Below, one piece after another: positions 1 to 9,904 of a stretch of DNA of 64,000 nt (within the stretch, counting starts at the first letter, position 1; every line of letters starts with the position of its first letter). Position numbers and translations under genes: made by a program. Origin of the DNA: Planctomycetota bacterium (GTDB lineage: Bacteria > Planctomycetota > Phycisphaerae > UBA1845). The notes under the pieces were generated by a model. The model was not told the origin of the DNA. It made no database searches and worked only from the letters and a program-made list of their open reading frames with translations. The DNA is taken from positions 27,504-91,503 of the forward strand of contig JAJRPG010000058.1 of assembly GCA_024280855.1 (NCBI GenBank). The letters run 5' to 3'.

Positions 1-508
1 AGCCCACCATCGCATAACTCGGCAGCGAAGCGGTTTCAATAGCCAGCGCGATCATCAGCAAGTTACTCGTACTGACCATCAGAGCCATGCCTACGGCGCT
101 ACCAAAGAGTAAGATGAAAAACTCCGGCGCGTTTTCTTCGCTATCACTAGACCCCATCCACCACAAATACGTCACCCCGCCCATAAAGGCCAACAGAATG
201 ATTTGAAACGCAATTGATAGATTGTCCACCAGCAGCAGGCCCGCAGCCGGTAGCGTCGATAGTCCACTGACACCGCCTTCGCTCACTTCACCCGCAACGC
301 GCAAGGCTAGAATGAAGCTAGCTATGATGCCCATGACCGCAACTGCGCCGATGGTCTTAGCTGACCTGCCGACAATAATCGGGCAAGCAACGATAGCTAG
401 CATCGTCAGAATCAGCGCTAAAATTGGCGAAAATAGAAACAGATGCCTCGTGACATCGATCCCGGCCCAGGCGTTAGATTGTGCAAGACACATGGTCACG
501 CTAAGCAT
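1..508 (-). CDS. nuoN: NADH-quinone oxidoreductase subunit N, N-terminal part (gene runs off the left edge)
   Basis: Absent from the ORF track because it is truncated. My reverse-strand translation from ATG at 508 gives MLSVTMCLAQSNAWAGIDV...LLMIALAIETASLPSYAMVG, a polytopic antiporter-like N-terminus. It directly follows nuoM in the operon. Confidence 0.75.
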   Translation of the reverse strand, partial: MLSVTMCLAQSNAWAGIDVTRHLFLFSPILALILTMLAIVACPIIVGRSAKTIGAVAVMGIIASFILALRVAGEVSEGGVSGLSTLPAAGLLLVDNLSIAFQIILLAFMGGVTYLWWMGSSDSEENAPEFFILLFGSAVGMALMVSTSNLLMIALAIETASLPSYAMVG

Positions 509-554
509 ATCCTTCGAGTTATAGTTCCAAACTTATACATAAAATCACCAACCA

Positions 555-2201
555 TTACGGAATCATGCTAATCGCGTTTGTTACATGCGCGAGTACCAGG
601 TCCAATGTCCCGTTGGTAAAATCAAACACTGTTTGCATCGGGAAAATGCCCAACACCAAAGCCAGCAGCGCCATCGGAGCGAGAATCATAATCTCTCGAC
701 CGCTCACATCCGAAAAGCCTGCGTACTCTTCTTTTTCCTTACCAAGATACACGCGGCGAATGAGCCACAATATGTATCCCGCCGTGAGAATTACACTAAA
801 CGCCGCGATAATTGCCAGCGTATAAGCCCAAGGATATTTTGAACCAGCATCAAACGTGCCCAGCAATACCCAAATCTCGCCGATGAACCCGCACATACCA
901 GGAAGACCCAGCGACGCGAAGAAACCAATCGTAGCCATCGTGCCATACTTAGGCATCGTCATCCACAATCCGCCAAAGCGGTTAATCTCTCTATGATGCG
1001 CACGGTCGTAAATCACGCCAACCAAAAAGAAGCACATCGGTGAGCTAATCCCGTGAGCAATCATCTGGAACATCGCACCCTGAAAACCAGCTTTAGTCAT
1101 CACCGCGATACCCAACAGCACAAAACCCATATGAGATATCGAGCTATAAGCCACGAGTTTCTTAAAATCGCTCTGAGCCATCGCACATAACGCGCCGTAA
1201 ATAATGCTCACCACGCCAATCACCGCTAACGTAAACGCCCAAAACTCAGCGCCCGTAGGAAAAATTGGATAGCAAAGTCGAAGGAAACCATAGCCACCCA
1301 TCTTCAGCAGCACGCCAGCCAGGATCATACTAATCGGCGTCGGCGCTTGCACGTGGGCATCAGGAAGCCAGGTATGGAACGGAACAATCGGTAGCTTGAT
1401 CGCAAACCCAATAAACAGGAATGCAAACATCAGCGGTGCGAATTTAATGCTAAGAAATCTCGTGACCGGCGATGAAAAATACGCTTGAATCGTCTCATTG
1501 GTAGCTAGCTCAATAAGGTCGAACGTGCCATGAGTTAGCGTGACGTTTTCTTGATAAGCACTAGCTACTTCGCCACCCGCTTGGGCGATAGCATCGCCGC
1601 TGTAGAAGAACATCGCAACTAACGCGATGAGCATCAGCACCGAACCAGCCAGCGTGAACAAGAAAAACTTAATAGCTGCGTATTCACGACGCTCACCGCC
1701 CCACACACCAATAAGAAAATACATCGGCAGCAGCATGAGTTCCCAGAAGATGTAGAACAGGAAGAAGTCCAGCGAGACGAAGACGCCCAACATGCCGGTT
1801 TCCAGTAACAAGAACAAAATGAAATAGGCCCGTATGCCTTTGCCAATCTTCCATTTCTCCATGTTCCAGCTAGCCCAGCAAGACAGAAAACTTACCAGCG
1901 TCGTCAAAATAATCAGCGGAAAGCCCAGACCATCAATGCCCAGGAAGAATTCTATGTTAATACTATCGGTGGTGATCCAGGGCAGCCGTATCACATGGTG
2001 CAACGCCCCGTATGTACTACCAAACACATCCGCACTCGTACCTGCGTCGCTGCCAAAGTAAATGCTAAACAGCGTCAGCGAAAAGAGGAACGTGACGAGC
2101 GAAGTCAGTACCGCAATGCTGCGGATCATTGGCTTGGGCGCAATCAAACAAAGCAATGCGCCCATCGCAGGAAGAAAAACTATGATCGTTAAAGTGTTCA
2201 T
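555..2201 (-). CDS. nuoM: NADH-quinone oxidoreductase subunit M
   Basis: ORF 555..2261. Antiporter-like motif WLPDAHVQAPTPISMILAGVLLKMGGYG. Preferred start is ATG 2201 (MNTLTIIVFLP...); 2261 is possible. Confidence 0.9.
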   Translation of the reverse strand: MNTLTIIVFLPAMGALLCLIAPKPMIRSIAVLTSLVTFLFSLTLFSIYFGSDAGTSADVFGSTYGALHHVIRLPWITTDSINIEFFLGIDGLGFPLIILTTLVSFLSCWASWNMEKWKIGKGIRAYFILFLLLETGMLGVFVSLDFFLFYIFWELMLLPMYFLIGVWGGERREYAAIKFFLFTLAGSVLMLIALVAMFFYSGDAIAQAGGEVASAYQENVTLTHGTFDLIELATNETIQAYFSSPVTRFLSIKFAPLMFAFLFIGFAIKLPIVPFHTWLPDAHVQAPTPISMILAGVLLKMGGYGFLRLCYPIFPTGAEFWAFTLAVIGVVSIIYGALCAMAQSDFKKLVAYSSISHMGFVLLGIAVMTKAGFQGAMFQMIAHGISSPMCFFLVGVIYDRAHHREINRFGGLWMTMPKYGTMATIGFFASLGLPGMCGFIGEIWVLLGTFDAGSKYPWAYTLAIIAAFSVILTAGYILWLIRRVYLGKEKEEYAGFSDVSGREIMILAPMALLALVLGIFPMQTVFDFTNGTLDLVLAHVTNAISMIP

Positions 2202-2294
2202 CGCAATATCGATTCTATTAAGCGGATCAATGCCACCAGTCACTACGAGCGCCAACCACACATTGGCGCGCTCGCCATTTCATTCTTAACAAAC

Positions 2295-2331
2295 GCGGAT
2301 GACGCCGCAGTTTTACTAACAGGTCATCCGC
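2295..2331 (-). other. intercistronic hairpin between nuoL and nuoM
   Basis: 9-bp stem gcggatgac/gtcatccgc with a 19-nt loop in the 140-nt spacer. Confidence 0.5.
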
Positions 2332-2341
2332 TTACCAAAAA

Positions 2342-4756
2342 CTACGGGGTCAGCATAGCTACCTGTTCCGGTGAACCAACGCCCCAATACAAAAGCATTA
2401 GCACAATGACAACCGTCGCGCCACCTGCTGCGAACAATACATAATTTCTAATACGTCCGGTCTGTGGGCGGCGAACGGCTTCGCCCATGCCGATAGCCGT
2501 CTCCGCTATTCCGTTATAAATACCATCCACGCCGTGCGTATCAATAATCAATCCCATGAACGCAGCCAATCTTTCAGTAAGCTTAGCCAGCGTGTTATAC
2601 GTCATGTCCACGACCCAGGTATCAAAGAACCGCGCGATATGCGCGATGCACAGGCAACCCTTAACCCATACCAAATGGTACAGCTCGTCGATGTAATATT
2701 TGTGATCGAGTATCGTATGTATCTGCTGAATGCCAACCGTATTTTTGATCGCAGACGCAATGCCCAACCCTCTACCATAAATCAAGATAGCGATGACAAA
2801 GCCGACGACAAAAGAGCCGCCCACGCCCGTGATGAGCCAATGGTGAGCAGCCGCAATAGCCGCTGTGTGCAGATGACCATCCGTAGCTAAGACCATCGGC
2901 GCAATCGTCGCAGCCGTGGACGCATCGGAAATCAAATCGCGGAATAGGAAATAACTCGCAAAGCAAGTCCCCACCGCCAAGATAATCAGTGGGAAGTACA
3001 TCATGAAAGATTCATGGGCGTGGTCATGCACATGCTGATCACGAGGCTTACCCATAAAGGTCATCCACCAACAACGCATCATATAAAAAGGTGTGATATA
3101 AGCCGTAAACAAAGCCAGATAAAACATCCACTTCGGCATCGGCGGTACATGAGAGAAAATCCCAGCCCGGCCATGAGCATTGTCCCCATGAGCCGAGGGT
3201 TTCAGCCCGCGCGGACTTTCAGAAGCAGTGTGCGCTTCGCCATGTTGAGGTGCCGCATGACTGTCACCATGCTGCGGATCAGAAGCAAGCAGCATTTGTT
3301 TATGGTTTCCGTTCAGGTTATCCGAAGCATCGTCATCTGAATCAATCGCAGGAACTGACGCAGCATGATGTTCTCCATGCTCCGCTTCATGTCGAGAATA
3401 ATCATTCCAATCAAAAGTCCGCACCCAAGCGACAGCCAGGATTTCATCCTTACTAAAGAAACCGCCCAAGCCAATGTTCGTGCCAGGAATGCCAAATCCA
3501 GAGATTGCTAAAACGCCCACCAAAAAGGTGATCGCAGTCACGGGCATCTTCTTTATCAGCCCGCCCATCTTCCTCATGTCCTGTTCGTGGTGACATCCTT
3601 CGATCACCTGACCAGAGCCAAGGAACATCATCGCCTTAAAGAAAGCATGGGTAATAAGATGAAACAAAGCCGCGATCCACGCGCCGCATCCCAGACCGAA
3701 AATCATATAACCAAGCTGTGATAGCGTTGAATACGCCAAACATTTTTTAATGTCCGTCTGCACCATCGCAATGAGCGCCATGAGCGTCAGCGTAATACAG
3801 CCAATCGCCGCCACAAACATCAACGCTTCCGGCGTCATAAGCCTGAACACACGAGCGACCAGATAAACCCCAGCTGCAACCATCGTCGCCGCGTGGATCA
3901 ACGCACTAACCGGCGTAGGGCCAGCCATCGCGTCAGGAAGCCAAACGTGAAGTGGAAACTGAGCAGATTTTCCCATCGCACCGCAGAACAAGCCGACACC
4001 CATAATCGTAGCTAATGACCAGCCAAACATGGTGAACGTGCTGGCAAATATACCAGTCCCAGCCGCGTATTGCTCCGCAAAGATGCGGGCCGCGTCGTCC
4101 AAATCGAGCGTGCCAAGCTGAAAATAAACCAGCATCAAACCAATAATAAAACCGAAGTCGCCCACACGGTTAGTGATGAACGCTTTCATCTGAGCATATT
4201 GCGGAACCCGCTCGTGGAAGTAGAACCCGATCAGCAGATAACTACACAAGCCCACAAGTTCCCAGAAGATAAACAGGAACAACAAATTGGAACTGAGTAC
4301 GAGTCCCAACATGCTAAAAGCGAATAGCGACAGATAAGCGAAGAAGCGGTGGTACTTACTCTTGCCATCCACCTCATCGCTATGGCCCGACATATAACCA
4401 ACGCTGAAAAAGAAAATCCAAAACGCGATGAACGTGACCATGAAGTACATCGCAATGGTCAGCGAATCGAGTTTGATCCCGACTAGAATGGGAACCGTGC
4501 CTAAATTAGCCCAGTGATATCGGAAGGCCTGCTCGCCCAACATCGCTCGGCTAGCCGCATCCTCACCAAACCACCAGCCCAGAAGCACATAAGACGCCAT
4601 CGCCAACGGTACGCCCATGCCAAGGATAACGCCGACCCAACCCGCCAGCGGCTTACCCAACTTAGGCCCAACGAAAACCAAAAGCCAAAAGCTAATGAAC
4701 GGCGAAAGGACGCCTAAAGCCAACAAAATTTCGTATGTGTGTGAGTTCATAAACAA
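2342..4756 (-). CDS. nuoL: NADH-quinone oxidoreductase subunit L with a His/Asp-rich insertion of about 86 aa
   Basis: 804-aa ORF. Motif WLPDAMAGPTPVSALIHAATMVAAGVYL and a long C-terminal TM/lateral-helix region typical of NuoL. About 190 aa longer than the E. coli protein. Confidence 0.9.
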   Translation of the reverse strand: MFMNSHTYEILLALGVLSPFISFWLLVFVGPKLGKPLAGWVGVILGMGVPLAMASYVLLGWWFGEDAASRAMLGEQAFRYHWANLGTVPILVGIKLDSLTIAMYFMVTFIAFWIFFFSVGYMSGHSDEVDGKSKYHRFFAYLSLFAFSMLGLVLSSNLLFLFIFWELVGLCSYLLIGFYFHERVPQYAQMKAFITNRVGDFGFIIGLMLVYFQLGTLDLDDAARIFAEQYAAGTGIFASTFTMFGWSLATIMGVGLFCGAMGKSAQFPLHVWLPDAMAGPTPVSALIHAATMVAAGVYLVARVFRLMTPEALMFVAAIGCITLTLMALIAMVQTDIKKCLAYSTLSQLGYMIFGLGCGAWIAALFHLITHAFFKAMMFLGSGQVIEGCHHEQDMRKMGGLIKKMPVTAITFLVGVLAISGFGIPGTNIGLGGFFSKDEILAVAWVRTFDWNDYSRHEAEHGEHHAASVPAIDSDDDASDNLNGNHKQMLLASDPQHGDSHAAPQHGEAHTASESPRGLKPSAHGDNAHGRAGIFSHVPPMPKWMFYLALFTAYITPFYMMRCWWMTFMGKPRDQHVHDHAHESFMMYFPLIILAVGTCFASYFLFRDLISDASTAATIAPMVLATDGHLHTAAIAAAHHWLITGVGGSFVVGFVIAILIYGRGLGIASAIKNTVGIQQIHTILDHKYYIDELYHLVWVKGCLCIAHIARFFDTWVVDMTYNTLAKLTERLAAFMGLIIDTHGVDGIYNGIAETAIGMGEAVRRPQTGRIRNYVLFAAGGATVVIVLMLLYWGVGSPEQVAMLTP
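3190..3216 (+). repeat. hairpin repeat family C, degenerate copy inside the nuoL CDS
   Basis: gagccgagggtttcagcccgcgcggac. Compare the copies at 11208 and 18407. Confidence 0.65.
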
Positions 4757-4790
4757 TTTTCAGTTACGCAGTGAACTAGTGTAGCTATTC

Positions 4791-5105
4791 TTAACCCCGC
4801 AATTGCGAGGCGGAGTCTACGTCTACCGTGGAAAGATTCTTATAAACATTAATACAAATACCCACAGCCAATGCCGTTTCCGCCGCAGCTAGGACGATCA
4901 TAAAAAGAGCAACGATCTGCCCGTCCAATCGACCCGGGCCCATATACCGATCAAAAGCTACCAGATTGATGCCCGTACTATTAAGCATCAGCTCCACACC
5001 AATCAAAATACCAATCGCATTACGCTTGGTAGCCGTGGTGAAAATACCGCAACAAAAAAGCACGGCTGAGACAATCAGATAGTGTGTAAGACCAATATGC
5101 TCCAT
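4791..5105 (-). CDS. nuoK: NADH-quinone oxidoreductase subunit K
   Basis: ORF 4791..5141. Start moved to ATG 5105 (MEHIGLTHYLIVSAVLF...), 4 nt after the nuoJ stop. 104 aa with 3 TM helices. Confidence 0.9.
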   Translation of the reverse strand: MEHIGLTHYLIVSAVLFCCGIFTTATKRNAIGILIGVELMLNSTGINLVAFDRYMGPGRLDGQIVALFMIVLAAAETALAVGICINVYKNLSTVDVDSASQLRG

Positions 5106-5109
5106 AGCT

Positions 5110-5733
5110 TTATTTATCCTGTCGCGCAAGATGAGCCGCACCGACCATTACAATCATCAATAGCACCCCAGCCAACTCGAAGGGCACGAGATACGTCGTG
5201 AGCAGCGAATGGCCAAAGTCCGACATCGAAGTCCCAGCTACCACCGCATCCGTCGTAGCCCAATCTGCACGGGTGAGCAATAAACTCAGGCAGACAAACA
5301 ACGTACCGCTAACAACCGTCGCTCCGAGAATTTCAATCTTTCGAGGCTCAAACCTCGCCCAAGGCGATTTGCTCGTGAGCATGACACCGAATACAAGCAG
5401 AATCAGTGTGCCGCCGGCATAAACAATTAGTTGAATAGCCGCGAGAAAGTTCGCTGCGAGCATAAAGTACAACAGCGAAACCGAACCCAACGCACCGAAA
5501 AGCCAAACAGACATGCGCACGATGTTTTTGCTATAACAAACGCCCAACGCTGAAATACAAGCCGCCGCTGCGACAATGTAAAATAGGCCGACTTCCAACC
5601 AACTTCCCGAAGCCGCCGCGTGGGTAACATCAGAATAGCCAGCCACTTCACCAGCCAAGGCCTGCGCGCTAAACGCGACAACACCAAGCGATGCGAGGGC
5701 AATTATATGAAATCGAGATCGAAACATAAACAT
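5110..5733 (-). CDS. nuoJ: NADH-quinone oxidoreductase subunit J
   Basis: ORF 5110..5859. Core reads FYIVAAAACISALGVCYSKNIVRMSVWLFGALGSVSLLYFMLAANFLAAIQLIVYAGG. Preferred start is ATG 5733 (MFMFRSRFHII...), 16 nt after the nuoH stop. Confidence 0.85.
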   Translation of the reverse strand: MFMFRSRFHIIALASLGVVAFSAQALAGEVAGYSDVTHAAASGSWLEVGLFYIVAAAACISALGVCYSKNIVRMSVWLFGALGSVSLLYFMLAANFLAAIQLIVYAGGTLILLVFGVMLTSKSPWARFEPRKIEILGATVVSGTLFVCLSLLLTRADWATTDAVVAGTSMSDFGHSLLTTYLVPFELAGVLLMIVMVGAAHLARQDK

Positions 5734-5749
5734 CCAATGACCTAACAAG

Positions 5750-7432
5750 CTACGACGCTGGAAGCGCATCGACAGCCAGGTTGCCAACCATGCTGCGGCG
5801 ATGATAAAAACCGTAAGCCGCGATAATCGGGAATCCCAACAAGAAAATAAAACCGCCAATGCCCAGCACCCAGTTCACAATATCAGAGAATAAATGCCAG
5901 CCCGCGTGGTCAGAAGTTTGTGCCCACGTCCACAGCGTGACGCCAAAGAGCAGCAACATCGTCAAAGGCAGCAGCACCTGAATACAGGCATATAAAACTT
6001 GGTCAATACGAATACGAGGCAGCGTCCACCGAAGCCAGATTTGTACATATAGCAGGAATAATGCCTTCACAAAAAGCCAAACCGGGCTATTAAACAACAA
6101 ACCATTAATCCCGCGGGCAGCTACATTGTCACCAATCAAATCCGTCAAATGCGCCGACCACGATGCGGGCAACGGCGAATGCCAGCCGCCCAGAAACAAA
6201 ATCACCGCCAACGCACAAACCACGAACATCGCAGCATATTCAGCAAAGAAAAACAGCGACCATCGAAAGCCTGAGTACTCGGTGACAAAGCCCGCCACCA
6301 GTTCGCTCTCCGCTTCAGGAAGATCAAACGGCGCTCGCTTACAACTCGCTAGCGACGCAATGTAATAACAAATGAAAGCCACGAAACAAAATGGGTTCGT
6401 AAAAATCAACCAGCTAAACCAGCCGCCCGATTGGGCATCGGCTATAGTCTGTAAACTCAAAGACCCCACACACACAACAGGAATAATCAAAGCCATCCCC
6501 ATCGGAATTTCATACGATACCATCTGCACCGCTTCTCGCATCGCGCCGTAGATGCTCCACTTATTATTAGAAGCCCAACCAGCCAGGATGACCGCAAGCA
6601 CTTCAACACCCAACATTCCCAAGACAAAAACCAGCGCAACATCTAAGTCGCGGAACACATAGGTCATGCCAAACGGCAAACCAACAAACGCGAGCATCGA
6701 AGGAATAATGGCGAAATAAGGAGCCATGCGATAAAGCTTGCTATCCGCTTCGTCGGGTATCAGGTCTTCTTTAAGCAGAAGTTTGATACCATCCGCAAAA
6801 GACTGCGCCCAGCCATGCCACCCACCCACACGCATCGGACCAAGCCTTGACTGAATTCGCCCCGCAACTTTTCGCTCCCACCAAATCAGATATACCGGGA
6901 TGACATTAAACAATACAACGATCGCATTCAAAGCCGTAATGTCGCGGACCACCGGAAACTGCAAAGGCCATAACGCCAGAACCATCCACGAAGGAAGCCA
7001 GTCAATCGCCGATTGCATTTCCGCCAAAGTTAACGCACCACCGAACCAGGTGAAAACAGCCGGGTCATTAGCCGCATGAGCCACCAAATCCACGCTGATC
7101 CATTCGAACAGCATGTTGACAAACCACAAGCCAAACCCCGCCGATAGAACCGCTCCGATTAAAATCACCAACGCAAACCGAAAGAGCAATCGGCCCACGC
7201 CTCGCCAGGTTTTGATAATGCACGCGACGAGCAGTGATAAAACAGCCGTAACCGCAGGCCCAATGACAAGAACTATCGTACCCAGGGGATGGCCGTCGAG
7301 TAGCGAAGCCGTAACCCAGCTACCAACCCCAGCCATAACAGCCAAAAAGATTGACAGAACCACCGCCCGCGTTGCCACCGCGAAGTGAGGCTTCTCTACA
7401 TCAGGATTCCAGGGAAACGCAAATTGGGTCAC
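5750..7432 (-). CDS. nuoH: NADH-quinone oxidoreductase subunit H with large N- and C-terminal membrane extensions
   Basis: 560-aa ORF. Motifs ERKVAGRIQSRLGPMRVGGWHGWAQSFADGIKL, YSGFRWSLFFFAEY and LPRIRIDQ. Confidence 0.9.
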   Translation of the reverse strand: MTQFAFPWNPDVEKPHFAVATRAVVLSIFLAVMAGVGSWVTASLLDGHPLGTIVLVIGPAVTAVLSLLVACIIKTWRGVGRLLFRFALVILIGAVLSAGFGLWFVNMLFEWISVDLVAHAANDPAVFTWFGGALTLAEMQSAIDWLPSWMVLALWPLQFPVVRDITALNAIVVLFNVIPVYLIWWERKVAGRIQSRLGPMRVGGWHGWAQSFADGIKLLLKEDLIPDEADSKLYRMAPYFAIIPSMLAFVGLPFGMTYVFRDLDVALVFVLGMLGVEVLAVILAGWASNNKWSIYGAMREAVQMVSYEIPMGMALIIPVVCVGSLSLQTIADAQSGGWFSWLIFTNPFCFVAFICYYIASLASCKRAPFDLPEAESELVAGFVTEYSGFRWSLFFFAEYAAMFVVCALAVILFLGGWHSPLPASWSAHLTDLIGDNVAARGINGLLFNSPVWLFVKALFLLYVQIWLRWTLPRIRIDQVLYACIQVLLPLTMLLLFGVTLWTWAQTSDHAGWHLFSDIVNWVLGIGGFIFLLGFPIIAAYGFYHRRSMVGNLAVDALPAS

Positions 7433-7530
7433 GAAGCTGCTACTCCAAGCATCAAGAACGCATGTTGCTCATAAAGAGCAAAATCATAGTTACATCTAAC
7501 CGCGGCGCAAAGAGCGCCACCAACAATTAC

Positions 7531-8730
7531 CTATCTATCAACCTCGCCCATCACCACATCAATACTACCGATGATAGCCGGGATGTCCGCCAATAACACG
7601 TCCCGGCAAACATGGGTCGTGATAGACAAATTACAAAAACTAGGACCACGAGCCTTCACCCGCGCAGGAATCGCAGAGCCATCACCACGTACATAAAAAC
7701 CAAGCTGACCACGTGGATTCTCCACCTCGACATAAACCTCGTCATCGGGGAGTTTGATATTCTTCGTTTTTTTCGCTTCAGTAGGCCCATCAGGCAAACG
7801 GTCCATCGCCTGTCGAAGAATCCGCACCGATTCGGTCATTTCCAAAACGCGAACGTAGTACCGACTCCAACAATCACCGACAACCACGCCTTCGGGCACG
7901 CCATTCACCCCGCCTGGATACGCGATAGGAATATCAAAATCATACGTCTCATACCCATCGTAAGGCTGAGTCTTACGCAAATCCCATCGTAAACCGCTAC
8001 CACGAAGCATGGGACCAGTCGCACCAAACGCCAGGCACTCGTCAATACTCATAATGCCCACGCGAGAAGTACGCTTCACAAAAATCTGATTGAAGCTAAG
8101 CAAGTTGTTATAGTCGTGAATTTTAAGCTCGAAATAATCCAAAAATTCTCGGCAGCGCTCCACCCAGCCATCCGGCAAGTCGTCATGTATCCCGCCGACC
8201 GTGATCGCGCTATACGTTAACCTCGCACCGCACGCAGCCTCGAACATATCCAGAATCATTTCACGCTCACGGAAGCAATACAAAAATGCCGTAAACGCAC
8301 CCATGTCCAAGCCATACGTTCCCAACGAAACAAGATGAGATGCAATACGATTAAGCTCGGCGAAAATGACCCGAATAACCTGGGCACGCTCGGGAACTTC
8401 AATCCCTGCCAAACGCTCCACAGCCAGAGCAAATCCCTGGTTATTATTCATCCCGGCGAGGTAGTCCATGCGATCGGTGTAAGGAATATATTGGTAAGGC
8501 TGAACATTCTCGCCAATCTTCTCGGCGCAGCGATGAAGATAACCAATATGCGGAATAGCTTCGAGTACCATCTCACCGTCGGTACGCAGCACAATACGCA
8601 GCACACCATGCGTCGAGGGGTGTTGAGGCCCCATATTGATTAACATCTCTTCAGTACGAAGGTCGCCCTGCGTGCCGCTGTCATAATCGACCAATAGGTC
8701 AGGTTGGGATTCTAGGACTGTATCACTCAT
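7531..8730 (-). CDS. nuoD: NADH-quinone oxidoreductase subunit D (49-kDa subunit)
   Basis: 399 aa. Contains NMGPQHPSTHGVLR and RVKARGPSFCNL, and ends in VMGEVDR. Confidence 0.95.
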   Translation of the reverse strand: MSDTVLESQPDLLVDYDSGTQGDLRTEEMLINMGPQHPSTHGVLRIVLRTDGEMVLEAIPHIGYLHRCAEKIGENVQPYQYIPYTDRMDYLAGMNNNQGFALAVERLAGIEVPERAQVIRVIFAELNRIASHLVSLGTYGLDMGAFTAFLYCFREREMILDMFEAACGARLTYSAITVGGIHDDLPDGWVERCREFLDYFELKIHDYNNLLSFNQIFVKRTSRVGIMSIDECLAFGATGPMLRGSGLRWDLRKTQPYDGYETYDFDIPIAYPGGVNGVPEGVVVGDCWSRYYVRVLEMTESVRILRQAMDRLPDGPTEAKKTKNIKLPDDEVYVEVENPRGQLGFYVRGDGSAIPARVKARGPSFCNLSITTHVCRDVLLADIPAIIGSIDVVMGEVDR

Positions 8731-8758
8731 CGCGTTGGCGATTCCTGTTTATCAATAA

Positions 8759-9292
8759 CTAGTGTCGTGGGTTCGTCAGTTCAAACTCAGTCGTAGCCGG
8801 GATTCCGTGATATTCCAACGGAAACTCATAATCCTTACGCAACGGATGACCCACCCAGTCGTCCGTACACAGAATCCGTCGCAGGTCAGGATGATCCGAA
8901 AAGTGAATACCCATCAGGTCAAACGCTTCTCGCTCATGCCAATCCGCAGCCGCCCAAACATGAGCCACGGACGGAATGACCGGGGTCGTGCGCTCCGTCA
9001 CTACCCGCACTGCAATCTCAAAAGTTTCCGTAATCAACGCCTCCGCATCATCCGTCGGTACATGCATTAGATCATAAACGCAGGCTAACTTGTCATCAGC
9101 CAATAAATCCAGCGCAGTGATTGACCGCAATAAATTCAGACGAAGTTTCTTGTTTTTCAGCAAAAACATAGCTACGTCAGGCCAGGACTCCGGCTTAATC
9201 GTCACATAAGGATGTCCGCCATCGGTAGACGTACCTTCAACCGCGTCGCCAAATTCACCAGCCAGTAATTTGAAAATATCTTCAGGTGCCAA
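8759..9292 (-). CDS. nuoC: NADH-quinone oxidoreductase subunit C (30-kDa subunit)
   Basis: 177 aa. Contains [26 protein letters not shown]. Confidence 0.9.
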   Translation of the reverse strand: MAPEDIFKLLAGEFGDAVEGTSTDGGHPYVTIKPESWPDVAMFLLKNKKLRLNLLRSITALDLLADDKLACVYDLMHVPTDDAEALITETFEIAVRVVTERTTPVIPSVAHVWAAADWHEREAFDLMGIHFSDHPDLRRILCTDDWVGHPLRKDYEFPLEYHGIPATTEFELTNPRH

Positions 9293-9345
9293 AACAATGT
9301 CTCAAAAGTATAAGTATATTCTATCCAAGCAACGCAACGACGTAC

Positions 9346-9864
9346 CTACGCCAACGCCATTTCCTTCGCCTTAGTCATCACACTCTTGGTCCGGCGCTGC
9401 GCACGAATCTTATCCTGTAAACGCATCAGCCCCTCAATGAGTGCTTCCGGCCGCGGCGGGCAACCAGGCACATAAATATCTACTGGAACCACCAGGTCCA
9501 CGCCCTTAACCACATGATAACCATGCTTGAAATAAGGCCCGCCACCAATCGTGCAAGCGCCCATCGCCATAACGAACTTAGGCTCAGGCATTTGGTTATA
9601 CAAACGCTTGAGTCTACTCGCCATTTTATAGGTGACAGTACCCGCGACGATCATCAAATCTGACTGTCGCGGCGAGGCACGAAAAGCACCAGCCCCAAAT
9701 CTATCAAGATCAAATCGAGAAGCGCCCGCAGCCATCATTTCAATCGCGCAGCAAGCAAGCCCAAAAGTCATGGGCCAAATACTATTACTACGACCCCAGT
9801 TGATCGCCCAGTCGAGTGACGTCACGATGACGCCTTCTTCGAATCGATTTTCAATCCAACTCAT
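9346..9864 (-). CDS. nuoB: NADH-quinone oxidoreductase subunit B (PSST, N2 cluster)
   Basis: 172 aa. Contains [10 protein letters not shown] and [11 protein letters not shown]. Confidence 0.95.
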   Translation of the reverse strand: MSWIENRFEEGVIVTSLDWAINWGRSNSIWPMTFGLACCAIEMMAAGASRFDLDRFGAGAFRASPRQSDLMIVAGTVTYKMASRLKRLYNQMPEPKFVMAMGACTIGGGPYFKHGYHVVKGVDLVVPVDIYVPGCPPRPEALIEGLMRLQDKIRAQRRTKSVMTKAKEMALA

Positions 9865-9904
9865 AATCTCATTCCATGTAATCGTTTACCGATCACAGCT
9901 ACAA

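Noticed and set aside
222-524. 100-aa plus-strand ORF at the left edge
   Set aside because: It lies antisense to a convincing nuoN N-terminus (minus strand, ATG at 508). Its composition (S/P/A/T-rich) is typical of a shadow ORF.
5734-5859. Upstream extension of nuoJ overlapping nuoH by 110 nt
   Set aside because: The canonical NuoJ core begins much later. An ATG at 5733 lies 16 nt after the nuoH stop and gives normal operon spacing. The extension is probably untranslated.
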